Shown piece by piece: positions 51,179 to 60,977 of a stretch of 64,000 bases of DNA (positions within the stretch are counted from its first letter, which is position 1; the number at the start of each line of letters is the position of its first letter). Source of the stretch: an uncultured Chloroflexia bacterium (lineage in GTDB: Bacteria > Chloroflexota > Limnocylindria > Limnocylindrales > CSP1-4); NCBI GenBank assembly GCA_963748235.1, contig CAVVHT010000009.1:1268606-1332605 (forward strand). Reading direction: 5' to 3'. The translations under genes and the position numbers were made by a program. The notes under the pieces were generated by a model. It searched no databases and was not told the DNA's origin. It was given only the letters and a program-made list of their open reading frames with translations.

Positions 51179-52054
51179 TGGGGCTCCTTGCTGCGCATCA
51201 GGGCGCGCGTCACGTGAGCAAGGATGCTATCCCAAGGTCCGCCGCGACGATGCGCGAGGCGTTCCTCGAAGCGGCAGTAGTCTCGGAATCCAAGGCCGGT
51301 GTAGGCGGCGATTGCAGGCGGGTTGTCCGAGCGAACGTTCAGGACGACGTCGTCACAGCTGCGCAGCAGCTCCTGGGTCACGGCGCTTGTCGTCAGCTTG
51401 GCGTAGCCCCGACCGCGGAAGTCGACGTGGGTCATCACGTTGCCGACGACGCCGAGTGCCGCCTTGGGGCTGATCACGTGGGTACCGGCCGCGGCCACCA
51501 ACCGGCCGGCCACGCGAACGCCGTAGTAGACGCCGGTCGCGATTGCCTCCGACGGCAACCAGCCGGCGAAGCCGAGCCCATAGAGCCGATTTCAGATCGA
51601 CGATGTCTGCCGGTGCGAGGCGTGCCACCGGGCCCTGGACGGGAACGAACATCTGGCGGTTGACACGCATCCGGATCATCTGCGGACCTCTGTCGATGCG
51701 ATAGATCTCCTCGATCGACGGCAGGAGCGATTCGTCTGCGGCGAGATAGACCAGCCGCGGCCTGATGACGTCGCGCAAGATGGCCGAGATGCCATCTGCG
51801 TCACCCATCACGAACAGCGGCTGCGGCGTGAGGCCGCCGTACTCGAGTACGACCGAGATCGGCTCGCCGCGCTCGGTGGCGACGCCCCACTTGGTCCGCG
51901 CGAACTCGCGGTCCTCGAGGTCACACAGCGCGTACGCGGCTCGCAGCCGATCGCGTTCCAGGAAGGCTCGCAGCACGTCGCGGTCGCGAGTCGGCTTGGC
52001 CTCGATCGTGCGTTCGCGGACGCCGGCGGCGCCGTGCCGGGTGGCGGTTGCCAT
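51175..52054 (-). pseudogene. GNAT-family N-acetyltransferase; one frame break at the AAA run ~51591-51593
   Basis: N-terminal part is ORF 51353..52054 up to ..APADIVDL. It continues as NRLYGLGFAGWLPSEAIATGVYYG..HVDFRGRGYAKLTTSAV (acetyl-CoA motif) in ORF 51175..51558. Length is 1 mod 3. Confidence 0.7.
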
Positions 52055-53415
52055 CAGCCGCGGCCGACCCGGAACGGCGCGGTCAGCACGCCGGCTTCGG
52101 TCACGATGGCGGTGATCGACGCCGCGGGAACGACGTCCGTCGTTGGATTGAGGCGGACTCCGAACGGCGTCGGCCGCCCGCGGTCGTCGGTTCGATCACT
52201 GCCTTCCCCGAGGCGCCGCGCGGCCAGCACCTCGGCCGCCGAGGCGAGCTGGACCTTGATCTGCTGGCCGTCGGCGGCAGCCGCGTCAACCGCGCTGAGC
52301 GGCGCGAGAACGTCGACCGGTACGCCCGCCTGGCCGGCGAGCTGAGCCACGTTCAGGCTGCCGACGAGAGCACCTGTGTCGCCGTTGGCGCACACTCGAT
52401 CGCCACGCAGCAGCACGGCGTCCAGGCGGCGGCTGGCGAGCACCCAGGCCACAGCCGCATCGGGAATGACCGTGTGCGGAACGTCCGCTTGGGCGAGCTG
52501 CAGCGACGAGATGCGGCCGCCCTCGCCACTCGGCGCGGCGTCGGTGACCCAAACGTGGACGGCGCGTCCCTGCTCGACCAACGACTGAAGCAACGCGGTG
52601 CCGATGCCGATCATGCCGCAGCTCAGCGGTCCGCCGTCACCATGCATCAGTAGCTGCAGCGGCGCGCCGTCGTCGCCCGGGTTCGAGCCGGCGATCAGCT
52701 GCGCGCCCAAGCGGCCGATGGTCGCGTTGGTGGTCATCGCCGCGGTTGACAGATCGTCCGCATGTACGCGTAGCTCGGCCACGATCTCGTCCGCGTCGGC
52801 GCCCAGGTCGACCAGCTCGTCGTGCCGCGCGTCCATTCGTTCGAGCGCCGAGGCAAGCGACTGGATCTCGCGCCGCGCGGCGCGCAAAGTGCCGCTGGCC
52901 GCGCGCATGATCTGTGGTCGGCTTTCCGCCGGCCGGCCGGCTGCGCGCGCGGCGGCGAGGACCATCGCGTACGCGCCGATCTCGCCGAGCACCGGCCCTG
53001 AACTGATCACGCCGGCACGTATCGCCGAAGCGACGTCGGTCGGCTCGCCAACCGACAGCGTTGCGACGCGGCCGGGGAGCTCGCGCTGGTCGAGCAGGAC
53101 GATCGCGTCGCCGGTGAAGCGGTATGCGCTGCGATAAGTCCAGTCGGGCGCATCCGGCTCGGCCACCGGCGTGGCCGGGGAATTGACGATGACATCGGCC
53201 GTGCCCGAGCCGAGGATCTCGCGCGCGGCGGAGATGCTCGTTCGGCGCAGCTCGGACGCGACGCCAAAGACTGCGCCGGCGTTATTGACCGTCTGACGGC
53301 TGAACGTGCGGAAGAACTCGCGCCGGCTCGCGTCGTACTCGTCGGGCGCAGCGCCGGGGGGAGCTGATGAGTCGGGCGCCACGGGTGAGTCGGGCGGCCT
53401 TTCCGGGCGGGCCAT
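52054..53415 (-). CDS. eIF-2B alpha/beta/delta / MtnA-like family protein, divergent, with N-terminal extension carrying a Tat-like SRREFF motif
   Basis: LLDQRELPG.., ..RGDRVCANGDTGALVGSLNVAQLA..PVDVLAP resembles MtnA/eIF2B. It has LMHGDGG where MtnA has THCNTG. Confidence 0.7.
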   Translation of the reverse strand: MARPERPPDSPVAPDSSAPPGAAPDEYDASRREFFRTFSRQTVNNAGAVFGVASELRRTSISAAREILGSGTADVIVNSPATPVAEPDAPDWTYRSAYRFTGDAIVLLDQRELPGRVATLSVGEPTDVASAIRAGVISSGPVLGEIGAYAMVLAAARAAGRPAESRPQIMRAASGTLRAARREIQSLASALERMDARHDELVDLGADADEIVAELRVHADDLSTAAMTTNATIGRLGAQLIAGSNPGDDGAPLQLLMHGDGGPLSCGMIGIGTALLQSLVEQGRAVHVWVTDAAPSGEGGRISSLQLAQADVPHTVIPDAAVAWVLASRRLDAVLLRGDRVCANGDTGALVGSLNVAQLAGQAGVPVDVLAPLSAVDAAAADGQQIKVQLASAAEVLAARRLGEGSDRTDDRGRPTPFGVRLNPTTDVVPAASITAIVTEAGVLTAPFRVGRG

Positions 53416-53439
53416 CAGCAGCCGGCCAGCGGAGCCGCG

Positions 53440-53961
53440 TCAGTACTGGATGACGCTGTGTGTGTAGTAGTCACCCAATCGCTCGCGTCCCTTGAGAAAT
53501 AGCAGCTCGACCAGGAAGGCGAGGCCAACGACCTCCGCCTTGAGCGTCTTGACCAGGTCGATCGTGCCCAGGACCGTGCCGCCGGTGGCAAGCAGGTCGT
53601 CGACGATGAGCACCTTTTGGCCGGGCTGAAGCGCGTCCTTGTGAATCTCGAGCGTGTTCGTGCCGTATTCGAGGGCGTACTCGACGCTTGCCGTCTCGGC
53701 GGGCAGCTTGCCAAGCTTGCGCACTGGCACGAAACCGGCGTCGAGCTGAATGGCCATCGGCGCGCTGAAGATGAAACCGCGCGATTCCATGCCGACGACC
53801 GCGTCGATCTGCTTGTCGCGAAAGGGCTCGAGCATCAGCTCGATCGACTCGTTGAACGCTCCCGCGTCCTTGAGCAGGGTCGTGATGTCGTAGAACAGGA
53901 TGCCCGGCTTGGGGAAGTCGGGAATCTCGCGAATCTTGGCGCGCAGGTCGTCTGCGGACAC
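53440..53961 (-). CDS. apt: adenine phosphoribosyltransferase
   Basis: IPDFPKPGILFYDITTLL, PRPP motif VLIVDDLLATGGT. GTG 53961 chosen (173 aa); the track ORF extends to 54093. Confidence 0.9.
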   Translation of the reverse strand: MSADDLRAKIREIPDFPKPGILFYDITTLLKDAGAFNESIELMLEPFRDKQIDAVVGMESRGFIFSAPMAIQLDAGFVPVRKLGKLPAETASVEYALEYGTNTLEIHKDALQPGQKVLIVDDLLATGGTVLGTIDLVKTLKAEVVGLAFLVELLFLKGRERLGDYYTHSVIQY

Positions 53962-54120
53962 GGGCTGGCTTACCTCGCGTGGAATGCCCGACTGGGTCGT
54001 TTTGGGCGCGGTCAGTCTAGCGCAGGGTTGGCGTCGCCCCAGCACGAATCGTCGGGCCTTGCCAGCGCAGTGCAATTGTTTGTGGATTTCCACGATTTCC
54101 GAGTCGAACGTTGAGGCCTA

Positions 54121-54372
54121 GTGTCACCGCACGTCAAACGTCCGGTCTCAAGGCTACATCGAGCTTCTGATCATCGTTCCGGCGGCCAGTACGTCATCTC
54201 GTTCGACTTCTACCTCTCGATTCCGGGCGACAAACCGAACAAGATCGTTCTCGATTCGACCGACCGCCTGGCGGAGACAGACGAGGACGACAACGTCTTC
54301 GAGCTGCTCAGCGCTCCCGACGAATACCCGGAGTCGTGCGATCGTGAGGCGGGAGCGCCGACGCTCTCCTGA
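54121..54372 (+). CDS. hypothetical ORF, possibly a CARDB-like domain remnant
   Basis: YVISFDFYLS..NKIVLDSTDRLAETDEDDNVF resembles the C-terminal vD..n.v.E.nE.NN end of CARDB domains. Locally low GC; no RBS seen. Confidence 0.3.
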   Translation: MSPHVKRPVSRLHRASDHRSGGQYVISFDFYLSIPGDKPNKIVLDSTDRLAETDEDDNVFELLSAPDEYPESCDREAGAPTLS

Positions 54373-54395
54373 GCCACCGGTCGACGGCCTCTCGG

Positions 54396-54797
54396 CTAGG
54401 AAGGCGGCTGCTCGTAGCCCAGTACCGGGACGTCGAAGGCCGCGAAATCGGCTGCATTGCGCGTGACGACCGTCGCGCCAAGGGTCTTGGCCAGAGCGGC
54501 AATCAGTGCGTCAGCCGTGCTCGGCTTCCCGCGGCCCGCTTCGATCTGCCGGCGGCGCTGATCACCCGCCCAACGCGCCCCTTTCGGAGATAGCGCAACG
54601 TACTCAAGAGCCCCCAACAACGCGGCTACGGCCGTGAGCTCGGCCGGGCCGCCGCGCGACAGCGCCTCGCACGTCACGACATCGCAGGTATAGAGCTCGG
54701 ACGACTCCTCGAACAGAGCCCGAACGATCGCCTCACCACCCGGACTGCCGTGAGCGTGATCGATGATGACGGTCGTGTCGAGGATGTATCTGGTCAA
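54396..54797 (-). CDS. vapC: PIN-domain toxin VapC
   Basis: MTRYILDTTVIID.. (first acidic residue), ..TADALIAALAK..VVTRNAADF. ATGA overlap with the antitoxin. Confidence 0.9.
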   Translation of the reverse strand: MTRYILDTTVIIDHAHGSPGGEAIVRALFEESSELYTCDVVTCEALSRGGPAELTAVAALLGALEYVALSPKGARWAGDQRRRQIEAGRGKPSTADALIAALAKTLGATVVTRNAADFAAFDVPVLGYEQPPS

Positions 54798-55036
54798 TCA
54801 TCATCCTCATCTCGCATAGATCGGACCCACCGATAGGCCTCGTCCGGTGTCATGTATGACGACGTTCCCTTGAAAACGCCGCGGCTTGCGTCGAGCGCCT
54901 TGCGCAAACGCTCTCGCTTCACCCGTGCCGCCACCGCATCGGCTACGAATTGGCTCCGTCCGCGCGGGCCGGCCAGCTCATCCACCTCGCGCAGCAACTC
55001 TTCAGGCAGCGTCACGTTCGTCCTGGCAAGGGCCAC
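54794..55036 (-). CDS. vapB: ribbon-helix-helix (CopG/VapB-type) antitoxin
   Basis: RTNVTLPEELLREVDELAGPRGRSQFVADAV = RHH motif. 80 aa with acidic tail. Confidence 0.85.
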   Translation of the reverse strand: MALARTNVTLPEELLREVDELAGPRGRSQFVADAVAARVKRERLRKALDASRGVFKGTSSYMTPDEAYRWVRSMRDEDDD

Positions 55037-55049
55037 CCACTCCTCCTGC

Positions 55050-55082
55050 AGTGTGCTGGTGAGTGTGCAACTCTAGCACACT
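55050..55082. promoter_or_regulatory. candidate VapB operator (inverted and direct AGTGTGC half-sites)
   Basis: cAGTGTGCTggtgAGTGTGCAactctAGCACACTag immediately upstream of the vapB start. Confidence 0.4.
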
Positions 55083-55086
55083 AGAC

Positions 55087-58000
55087 CTACGCGGATGTCG
55101 ACTCGAGCCGGGTGGCGAGGCGCTCAACGATGGCGCGGGTCGTCGTCCACGCCGCGGCCGGCTCGCGCGAGAGGCGAACGCGCATCTGGTTCGAGCCGTA
55201 GCTCAGACCGCCGACGGGCACGCCGGGAATGCGATCGGACGGTGACGTGGGCGCCATGGCCCGCATCGTGGCCGAGCGCGACCAATCGGCGTGGAAGCGC
55301 ACGATCAGCTCGTGGCCCTCGCGCGCGAGTGACAAGATGCCAGCCGCCTCGGCCATGATGCGCAGCCGCGCGACCTCGAGTAGCCGCTCCACCGGTCCGG
55401 GCACGGCCCCAAACCGGTCGATCGAGCTCGGCCTGGATGGCGGCCACTTCCCCAGCGGTCGCCGCGCGGCCCAGCCGGCGGTAGAACTCGAGCTTCTGCG
55501 GCTCCTCGGCCACGTAGTCGTCGGGCAGGTAGGCGTCGATGGGCAGGTCGATGACCGTCTGCGGCCGCGGCTTCACCGGCTCGCGCGAATCGCGCACCGC
55601 GCGCTGCTCCTCGACCGCGTCGGACAGCAGGCGCGTGTACAGGTCGAAGCCCACCGCGGCCAGATGGCCGTGCTGCTCACCGCCGAGGATGTTGCCAGCG
55701 CCGCGGATCTCGAGGTCTGACAGCGCGATCTGGAACCCGGCGCCGAGCTCGGACGCGTTGAAGATCGCCTGGAGCCGCTTTCGCGCAATCTCCGACAGCT
55801 GCCCGCGCTTGCGATACAGCAGGTAGGCATATGCGCGGCGCGAAGACCTGCCCACGCGACCGCGCAACTGGTAGAGCTGCGCCAGTCCGAGCGCATCGGC
55901 GCGGTCGATCACGATCGTGTTGGCGTTGGGGATGTCGAGGCCCGACTCGATGATCGTGGTGCACACCAGCACGTCGTATTCGCCGCGTGCGAAGGCCATC
56001 ATCACCTTTTCGAGAGAGCCCTCGGTCATCTGGCCGTGGGCGGTCACGATCCGTGCGTGGGGCAGCAGCGAGCGCAGCTGCTCGGCCTGCGCCTCGATCG
56101 TCTCGACCCGGTTGTGGACGAAGAAGATTTGGCCGCCGCGGTCGAGCTCGCGCAGGATCGCGTCACGCACGAGACCGGCCGAGGCTTCGGCGACGCGCGT
56201 CTGGATCGGCAGCCGGTCCTCCGGCGGCGTCTCGATGACGCTCATGTCGCGCACTCCGGCAAGGGCCAGGTTCAGTGTGCGCGGAATCGGTGTCGCGGAC
56301 AGCGTCAGCACGTGGACCTCGGTGCGCATCTGCTTGAGGCGTTCCTTGTGGGCAACGCCGAAACGCTGCTCCTCGTCGACGATGACGAGGCCAAGGTTCT
56401 TGAACCTGATGTCCTTCGACAACAGCCGGTGGGTGCCGATGATCAGGTCGACTGACCCGGCGGCGAGGCCAGCGATGATCTCGCGCTGCTGATCGGCGGA
56501 CACGAAGCGCGACAGCATTCGGACGCCGAAGGGATATGCCGCAAAGCGCTGTCTGAACGTCTCCAGGTGCTGCGCCGCGAGCACGGTCGTGGGCACGAGG
56601 ACGGCCACCTGCATCCCGTCGGAAATGACCTTGAATGCCGCCCGCAACGCCACTTCGGTCTTGCCGTAACCCACGTCGCCGACAACCAGCCGGTCCATCG
56701 GCCGCCCGCGCTCGAGATCGGCCTTGACCTCCGCGGTCGACCGAAGCTGGTCGACGGTCTCCTCGTACGGGAAGGCGCCCTCCATCTCCTGCTGCCACGG
56801 CGAGTCGGGCGAGATAGGCCGGCCATCGGCCTTCTCACGTGCCGAGTAGAGCTCGAGCAGCTCCTTGGCCAGGTCCGTGACCGCCTTGCGGACGCGCGTC
56901 TTGGTCCGCTGCCACTCCCCGCCGCCGAGGCGTGACAGGTGCGGGTTCTCGCCACCGGCATAGCGCGAGACGCGCTCGATCTGCTCGACCGGCACCCAGA
57001 TACGGCCGCTCTCGGCGAAATGAAGCTCGAGGAAGTCGCGCTCCTCTCCCCCGTCACCGCCGGCGTCGCGCCGGGTCATGCCGCCGTACTTGGCGATGCC
57101 GTGATCGATATGGACGACAAGGTCGCCCGGCTGCAGCCGCTCCAAGAGGTCCTTGGGCACGACCCTCCGGAGCACGCGGGGCCGACGGACACGCACGGTG
57201 CCGAACAGCTCGCGGTCGGTGACCAGCACCACGCCCTCGGGGCCGCCGGCAAAGCCCGAGTTGAGGCTGCGCTCGATCAGCGCCAAGCCGCCCGGCACCG
57301 GTGCCTCGGCAAGGCCGGCTGTTGGCGCGGCGATGATGTCGGCCTCGCCGAGCAGCTCCGACAGGCGCGCCGACTGGTCCGAAGCGAGCACCACTCGAAT
57401 GCCCTCGCGGCGCCAGCGCTCGACCGTCTCAGGCAGATGGCCGACGGCCGCCGGCGGCAGAACGGGCTCATGCCAGCCGAACGGGTTGCCGCCCGGCGGC
57501 TGCGCCTTCGGCCTCGCTCTCCCACGTCAGCTCGAGCGTTCGCGCCGTCGTGAGGCGCTGCTTCCAGTCACGCCGCCCGGGGTACGCGGTCGGGCCATGT
57601 CTTGGGCAGGATGCCCGCCTTCTCCAGCTCGGCTCGACGCTCGTCTGCCTGCGACCACAGGAAGTCGGCCGAGGCAACTACGTCCTCGGGCTCGTCGACG
57701 ACCCAGATCTCGTCACCGATGTGGTCGAGGCCCGTGCTCGGGGCGAGGTGGCCCGCCCAGATCTCGGCGGCATCGGCGAGCTGGCCCAGTTCGAGATGGG
57801 CAAGATCGGCGGCCAGGTCGGCGGGCAGCTTGTTCGCCGCGCTGCCGAGCTTGGCGCGCAGGCTGGTGCCATCGTTGGCACTGACGAGGAACTCACTCGC
57901 AGGCAGGAGGCGCACCTCGTCGGCCTGCCCGAGACCACGTTGCGTGGCCGGATCGAACGTGCGCAGCGACTCGATCTCGTCGCCGAACCACTCGATCCGC

Positions 58001-58740
58001 ACCGGCAGCGGCTGGCCGGCCGGAAAGACGTCGACGATGCCGCCGCGGCGCGCGAACTCGCCGCGCCCGGCCACCTCAGGCAGTGCCTCGTAACCAAGTT
58101 GGACCAGCTCGCGCAGGACACGCTCCTGCGACATGCGCTGGCGCGACTTGAGCGCGACCGGCTCGTCGGGCAGCTCCGCCGGTGCGAGCGTGTGCTGGAA
58201 GAGTGCCTGGACGCTCGCGACCAGGACGCGCGGCGTTCCCGAGCGCCACGCCGCGAGGGACGCGACCCGCGCGGCGCTCTCGTCGCGGATCAGCTCGGAG
58301 CGCTCGTAGGCGAGCGACGTGCGCGGCTCGAGCGCGACGACGAGCGCGGGATCGCCCAGCCAGGCCTGCAGCTCCTCGGCGACGCGATCGGCGATCTCCG
58401 CGTCGCGCGCGATCCACACCAGTCGTTCGCCGCTGGCGTGCGCGAGGGCAGCGGCGAGGTACGACTTTGCGCCGTGCGGCATGGCCGCGTAGGTGACGTG
58501 GCGCAGATTCTGGCCGACGCGGCCCTCGCGCACCGTCCGGAAGCGGTCGACCAGCGCGGTCACCTCGCCGGCCCCGGCGAGCAGGCGGGTAAGTGCCGAC
58601 AGATCCGGCAGGCGCCCGCGACCATGGACGCCCCTGGACGCCGCAGTCGCCGCGTTCTCGGCACGCTTTGCGACGGCCTGCTCTGCGATGCGCCGGTCGC
58701 GCGTGCTGCGACCGCGGACGCGGACGGACGAGTCGGTCAT
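55087..58740 (-). pseudogene. mfd: transcription-repair coupling factor Mfd; three frame breaks (~57593, ~57490, ~55423), probably assembly indels
   Basis: N-terminal UvrB-homology part is ORF 57568..58740. Linker AYPGRRDWKQRL.. is ORF 57468..57677. Helicase core is ORF 55124..57394 (GDVGYGKTEVALRAAF, VIVDEEQRFGV, LTLSATPIPRTL, QLYQLRGRVGRS). C-terminus IDRFGAVPGPVERLLEVARLR.. is ORF 55087..55404. Total length is 0 mod 3 after three +1 shifts. Confidence 0.92.
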
Positions 58741-59436
58741 CTAGGCGCCCTCACGCATCGAGCGCGGCAGCAACCGCCGCCAGCCGGTCGAGCGGCGCAC
58801 GATCGTCGGCTCGGACGGATCGGACACGACGTCCGCCTCGCCGACCGCCACCGCAATTGGCTCTTCGACATCGGCTGCCCAGCCGTTCCACTTGTTCGCG
58901 GCGCGCTCGGGTCCGAAGCGTGCCCATTCCTCGACGGCGTCTGCCGCCGCGTCGAGTGCCTTGGCTAGCAGCTCACGCTCCTCGGCCGCGAATCGGCTCA
59001 GCACATGGTCCTTCGCGCCGCGGTTGGGCTGCCCGATGCCGACGCGAAGTCGGGCAAACTTCTGCGAGCCCAACTCACCGATGATCGATCGCAGGCCGTT
59101 GTGCGTGCCCGCGCTCCCCTCAGCGCGCATCCGGATCCGACCGAGAGGCAGATCGAAGTCATCGACGACGACGAGCACGTCGTCGAGCGGCGCGCGCTCT
59201 CGGGCGAGCACCTTGCGCACCGCTACGCCCGAGAGGTTCATGTACGTGGTCGGCTTGACGAGCATCAGCTCAACCCCGTTGAAGCGACCGTGGACCGTGG
59301 CCGCCGCGTCTCGCGACCGGGCATGACCGGTCCAGCCGGCACGCTCGGCCAATCGGTCGAGCACCATCCAGCCAACGTTGTGACGCGTCTCTTCGTAATG
59401 CTTGCCGGGGTTTCCGAGCCCCACCACGATCTTCAT
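58741..59436 (-). CDS. pth: peptidyl-tRNA hydrolase (with ~40-aa C-terminal extension)
   Basis: MKIVVGLGNPGKHYEETRHNVGW..TYMNLSG..GTHNGLRS. ATG 59436 follows GGAAGG. Confidence 0.9.
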   Translation of the reverse strand: MKIVVGLGNPGKHYEETRHNVGWMVLDRLAERAGWTGHARSRDAAATVHGRFNGVELMLVKPTTYMNLSGVAVRKVLARERAPLDDVLVVVDDFDLPLGRIRMRAEGSAGTHNGLRSIIGELGSQKFARLRVGIGQPNRGAKDHVLSRFAAEERELLAKALDAAADAVEEWARFGPERAANKWNGWAADVEEPIAVAVGEADVVSDPSEPTIVRRSTGWRRLLPRSMREGA

Positions 59437-59525
59437 AACGCCTTCCGGACACGCGAACAGGCCGGTCGACAGCGCGACCGGCATCTGCTCAAATCCTACT
59501 CGTCGTGCACTGAGGAGGGCGGGCG

Positions 59526-60116
59526 ATGACTGCTCCGTCGACACCGGCACCCACGCCGGCGCCGAAAACCTATCCCCGCCGCACCCGAGTGCCGGACTGG
59601 ATGACCGACGTCGTGCTCGTCGTCACAGCCATATTCGGCATCTGGGCGATGGGGCTGGTCGTGCTGACGTTCATCGGCATCACCCAGCCGACGTTCATCT
59701 ACTCGGACTACAAGAGCGCCATCAAGGCGCTTGGCTCAACGGTCGTCGTGCTGCTGACCTTCAGCCAGTTCTACACGATGGAGTCGATGATCGGCCACCT
59801 GCCACGAGGCCGAGTCAAGATGCGCACGATGATGCTCGTCCACCGCTGGGGCGGCCGCATCACGATCCTGTTGGCAGTGGTGATCGCCTACTTCTGCATG
59901 ACCGACATCGGCGCCCCGAGCGAGCCTCTCCGGGTTGCCGTCCATGCCATCGCCGGCTCGATCGCCTTCGCCCTGCTCGCCGTGAAGTTCGCGCTGATCC
60001 GCTGGAAGCCGTACCTGGCATACGACACTGCACCCTGGATCGGCCGCATCGTTGCCATCTGCTTCGTGTTGATCTGGATCACCAGCGGACTCGCTTACCT
60101 CACTGGCAACCTCTAG
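59526..60116 (+). CDS. integral membrane protein, hypothetical (4-5 TM)
   Basis: Pro/Thr-rich N-terminus followed by hydrophobic helices (VVLVVTAIFGIWAMGLVVL; TVVVLLTFSQFY; ITILLAVVIAYF; AIAGSIAFALLAV; IVAICFVLIWITSGLAYL). Confidence 0.6.
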   Translation: MTAPSTPAPTPAPKTYPRRTRVPDWMTDVVLVVTAIFGIWAMGLVVLTFIGITQPTFIYSDYKSAIKALGSTVVVLLTFSQFYTMESMIGHLPRGRVKMRTMMLVHRWGGRITILLAVVIAYFCMTDIGAPSEPLRVAVHAIAGSIAFALLAVKFALIRWKPYLAYDTAPWIGRIVAICFVLIWITSGLAYLTGNL

Positions 60117-60137
60117 CGTCGCTTCATCGCGGCGCCG

Positions 60138-60977
60138 CTAGCGTCGCGCGCCGCGGACAGTTCCGGTCATCGTCGACTGGCCGATTGGCGGGTGGGCGAC
60201 GCATTGCATCCCGCGATCGCCGATAAGCCAGCCGGTGCTGAGCGGGTAAACGTAGGTCATCTCGAACGCCGACTCGTTGAACGTCACGCCGACGTACTGG
60301 CCGAAGCGCGCCGAACATTCCGACTCGGAGTAGGCGGTCAGATCGGCCACGTTCGGGTAGCTTCCGCCGGTTTCCGGACCGGCGTACTCGAAATTGGCGA
60401 TCAGCTCGCTCTCGTGCGCTTCGGCGCAGTCGACCACGGTGACGGTGCTGACAAGCGTGGTCTCGCCGCTGTCCGACGCGCGACCGCCGTTGAAGCACTG
60501 CCCGACGGCGATGTCGTTGAGCGACGAACCCTCCATGAAGGTTCCCAGGCTCGATCCGAGCATCGCAAGCGCAACGATGATGACCAAGCTGACGACGATG
60601 GCAACGACGATCCCGATAACGAGGGGCGCTCGGCTGCTCTGTCTTGGTGGCGCCTGCCAGCCGCCGTAGCCGTACTGGCCTCCCGGCTGATTCCAGCCCT
60701 GGGTGGGTGGGTATTGGCCGGGCGGATATTGGCCGGGCGGCGGCGTCCAGCCCTGCGGTTGGGGCGGTGACCAGCCTTGAGGCTGCGGCGACCAACCTGG
60801 CTGAGTCGGCGGCGTCCACCCGGGCGCGGGCGGCGAAGTCCAACCGGGCGCGGCCGGCGCGGCGGGTGGCGTCCAGCCCGGCGTCGGCTGGGTCGGGCCT
60901 TGTGGCGCCTGGCCCGGATAGCCCGGCGCTTGGCCCGGTTCGACCAGTGGCCGCGTTGGATCAAGCGGGTCGCTCAA
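60138..60977 (-). CDS. membrane protein with PGW/PQGW-repeat N-terminus, one TM and a septum-formation-like extracellular domain
   Basis: TTG 60977 overlaps the DUF1684 stop (TTGA). Repeats PGWTPP/PGWSPQPQGWSPPQPQGWTPPPGQYPPGQYPP; TM PLVIGIVVAIVVSLVIIVALAML; C-terminal GQCF..VDCAEAHESE..C..C pattern. Confidence 0.65.
   Translation of the reverse strand: MSDPLDPTRPLVEPGQAPGYPGQAPQGPTQPTPGWTPPAAPAAPGWTSPPAPGWTPPTQPGWSPQPQGWSPPQPQGWTPPPGQYPPGQYPPTQGWNQPGGQYGYGGWQAPPRQSSRAPLVIGIVVAIVVSLVIIVALAMLGSSLGTFMEGSSLNDIAVGQCFNGGRASDSGETTLVSTVTVVDCAEAHESELIANFEYAGPETGGSYPNVADLTAYSESECSARFGQYVGVTFNESAFEMTYVYPLSTGWLIGDRGMQCVAHPPIGQSTMTGTVRGARR

Noticed and set aside
43357-57593. Programmed ribosomal frameshifting as the explanation for the frame breaks
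   Set aside because: I saw no slippery heptamers or downstream structures. The sites fall in unrelated genes where no such recoding is known (metK, mfd, manB), and the compensating triplets are incompatible with programmed events.
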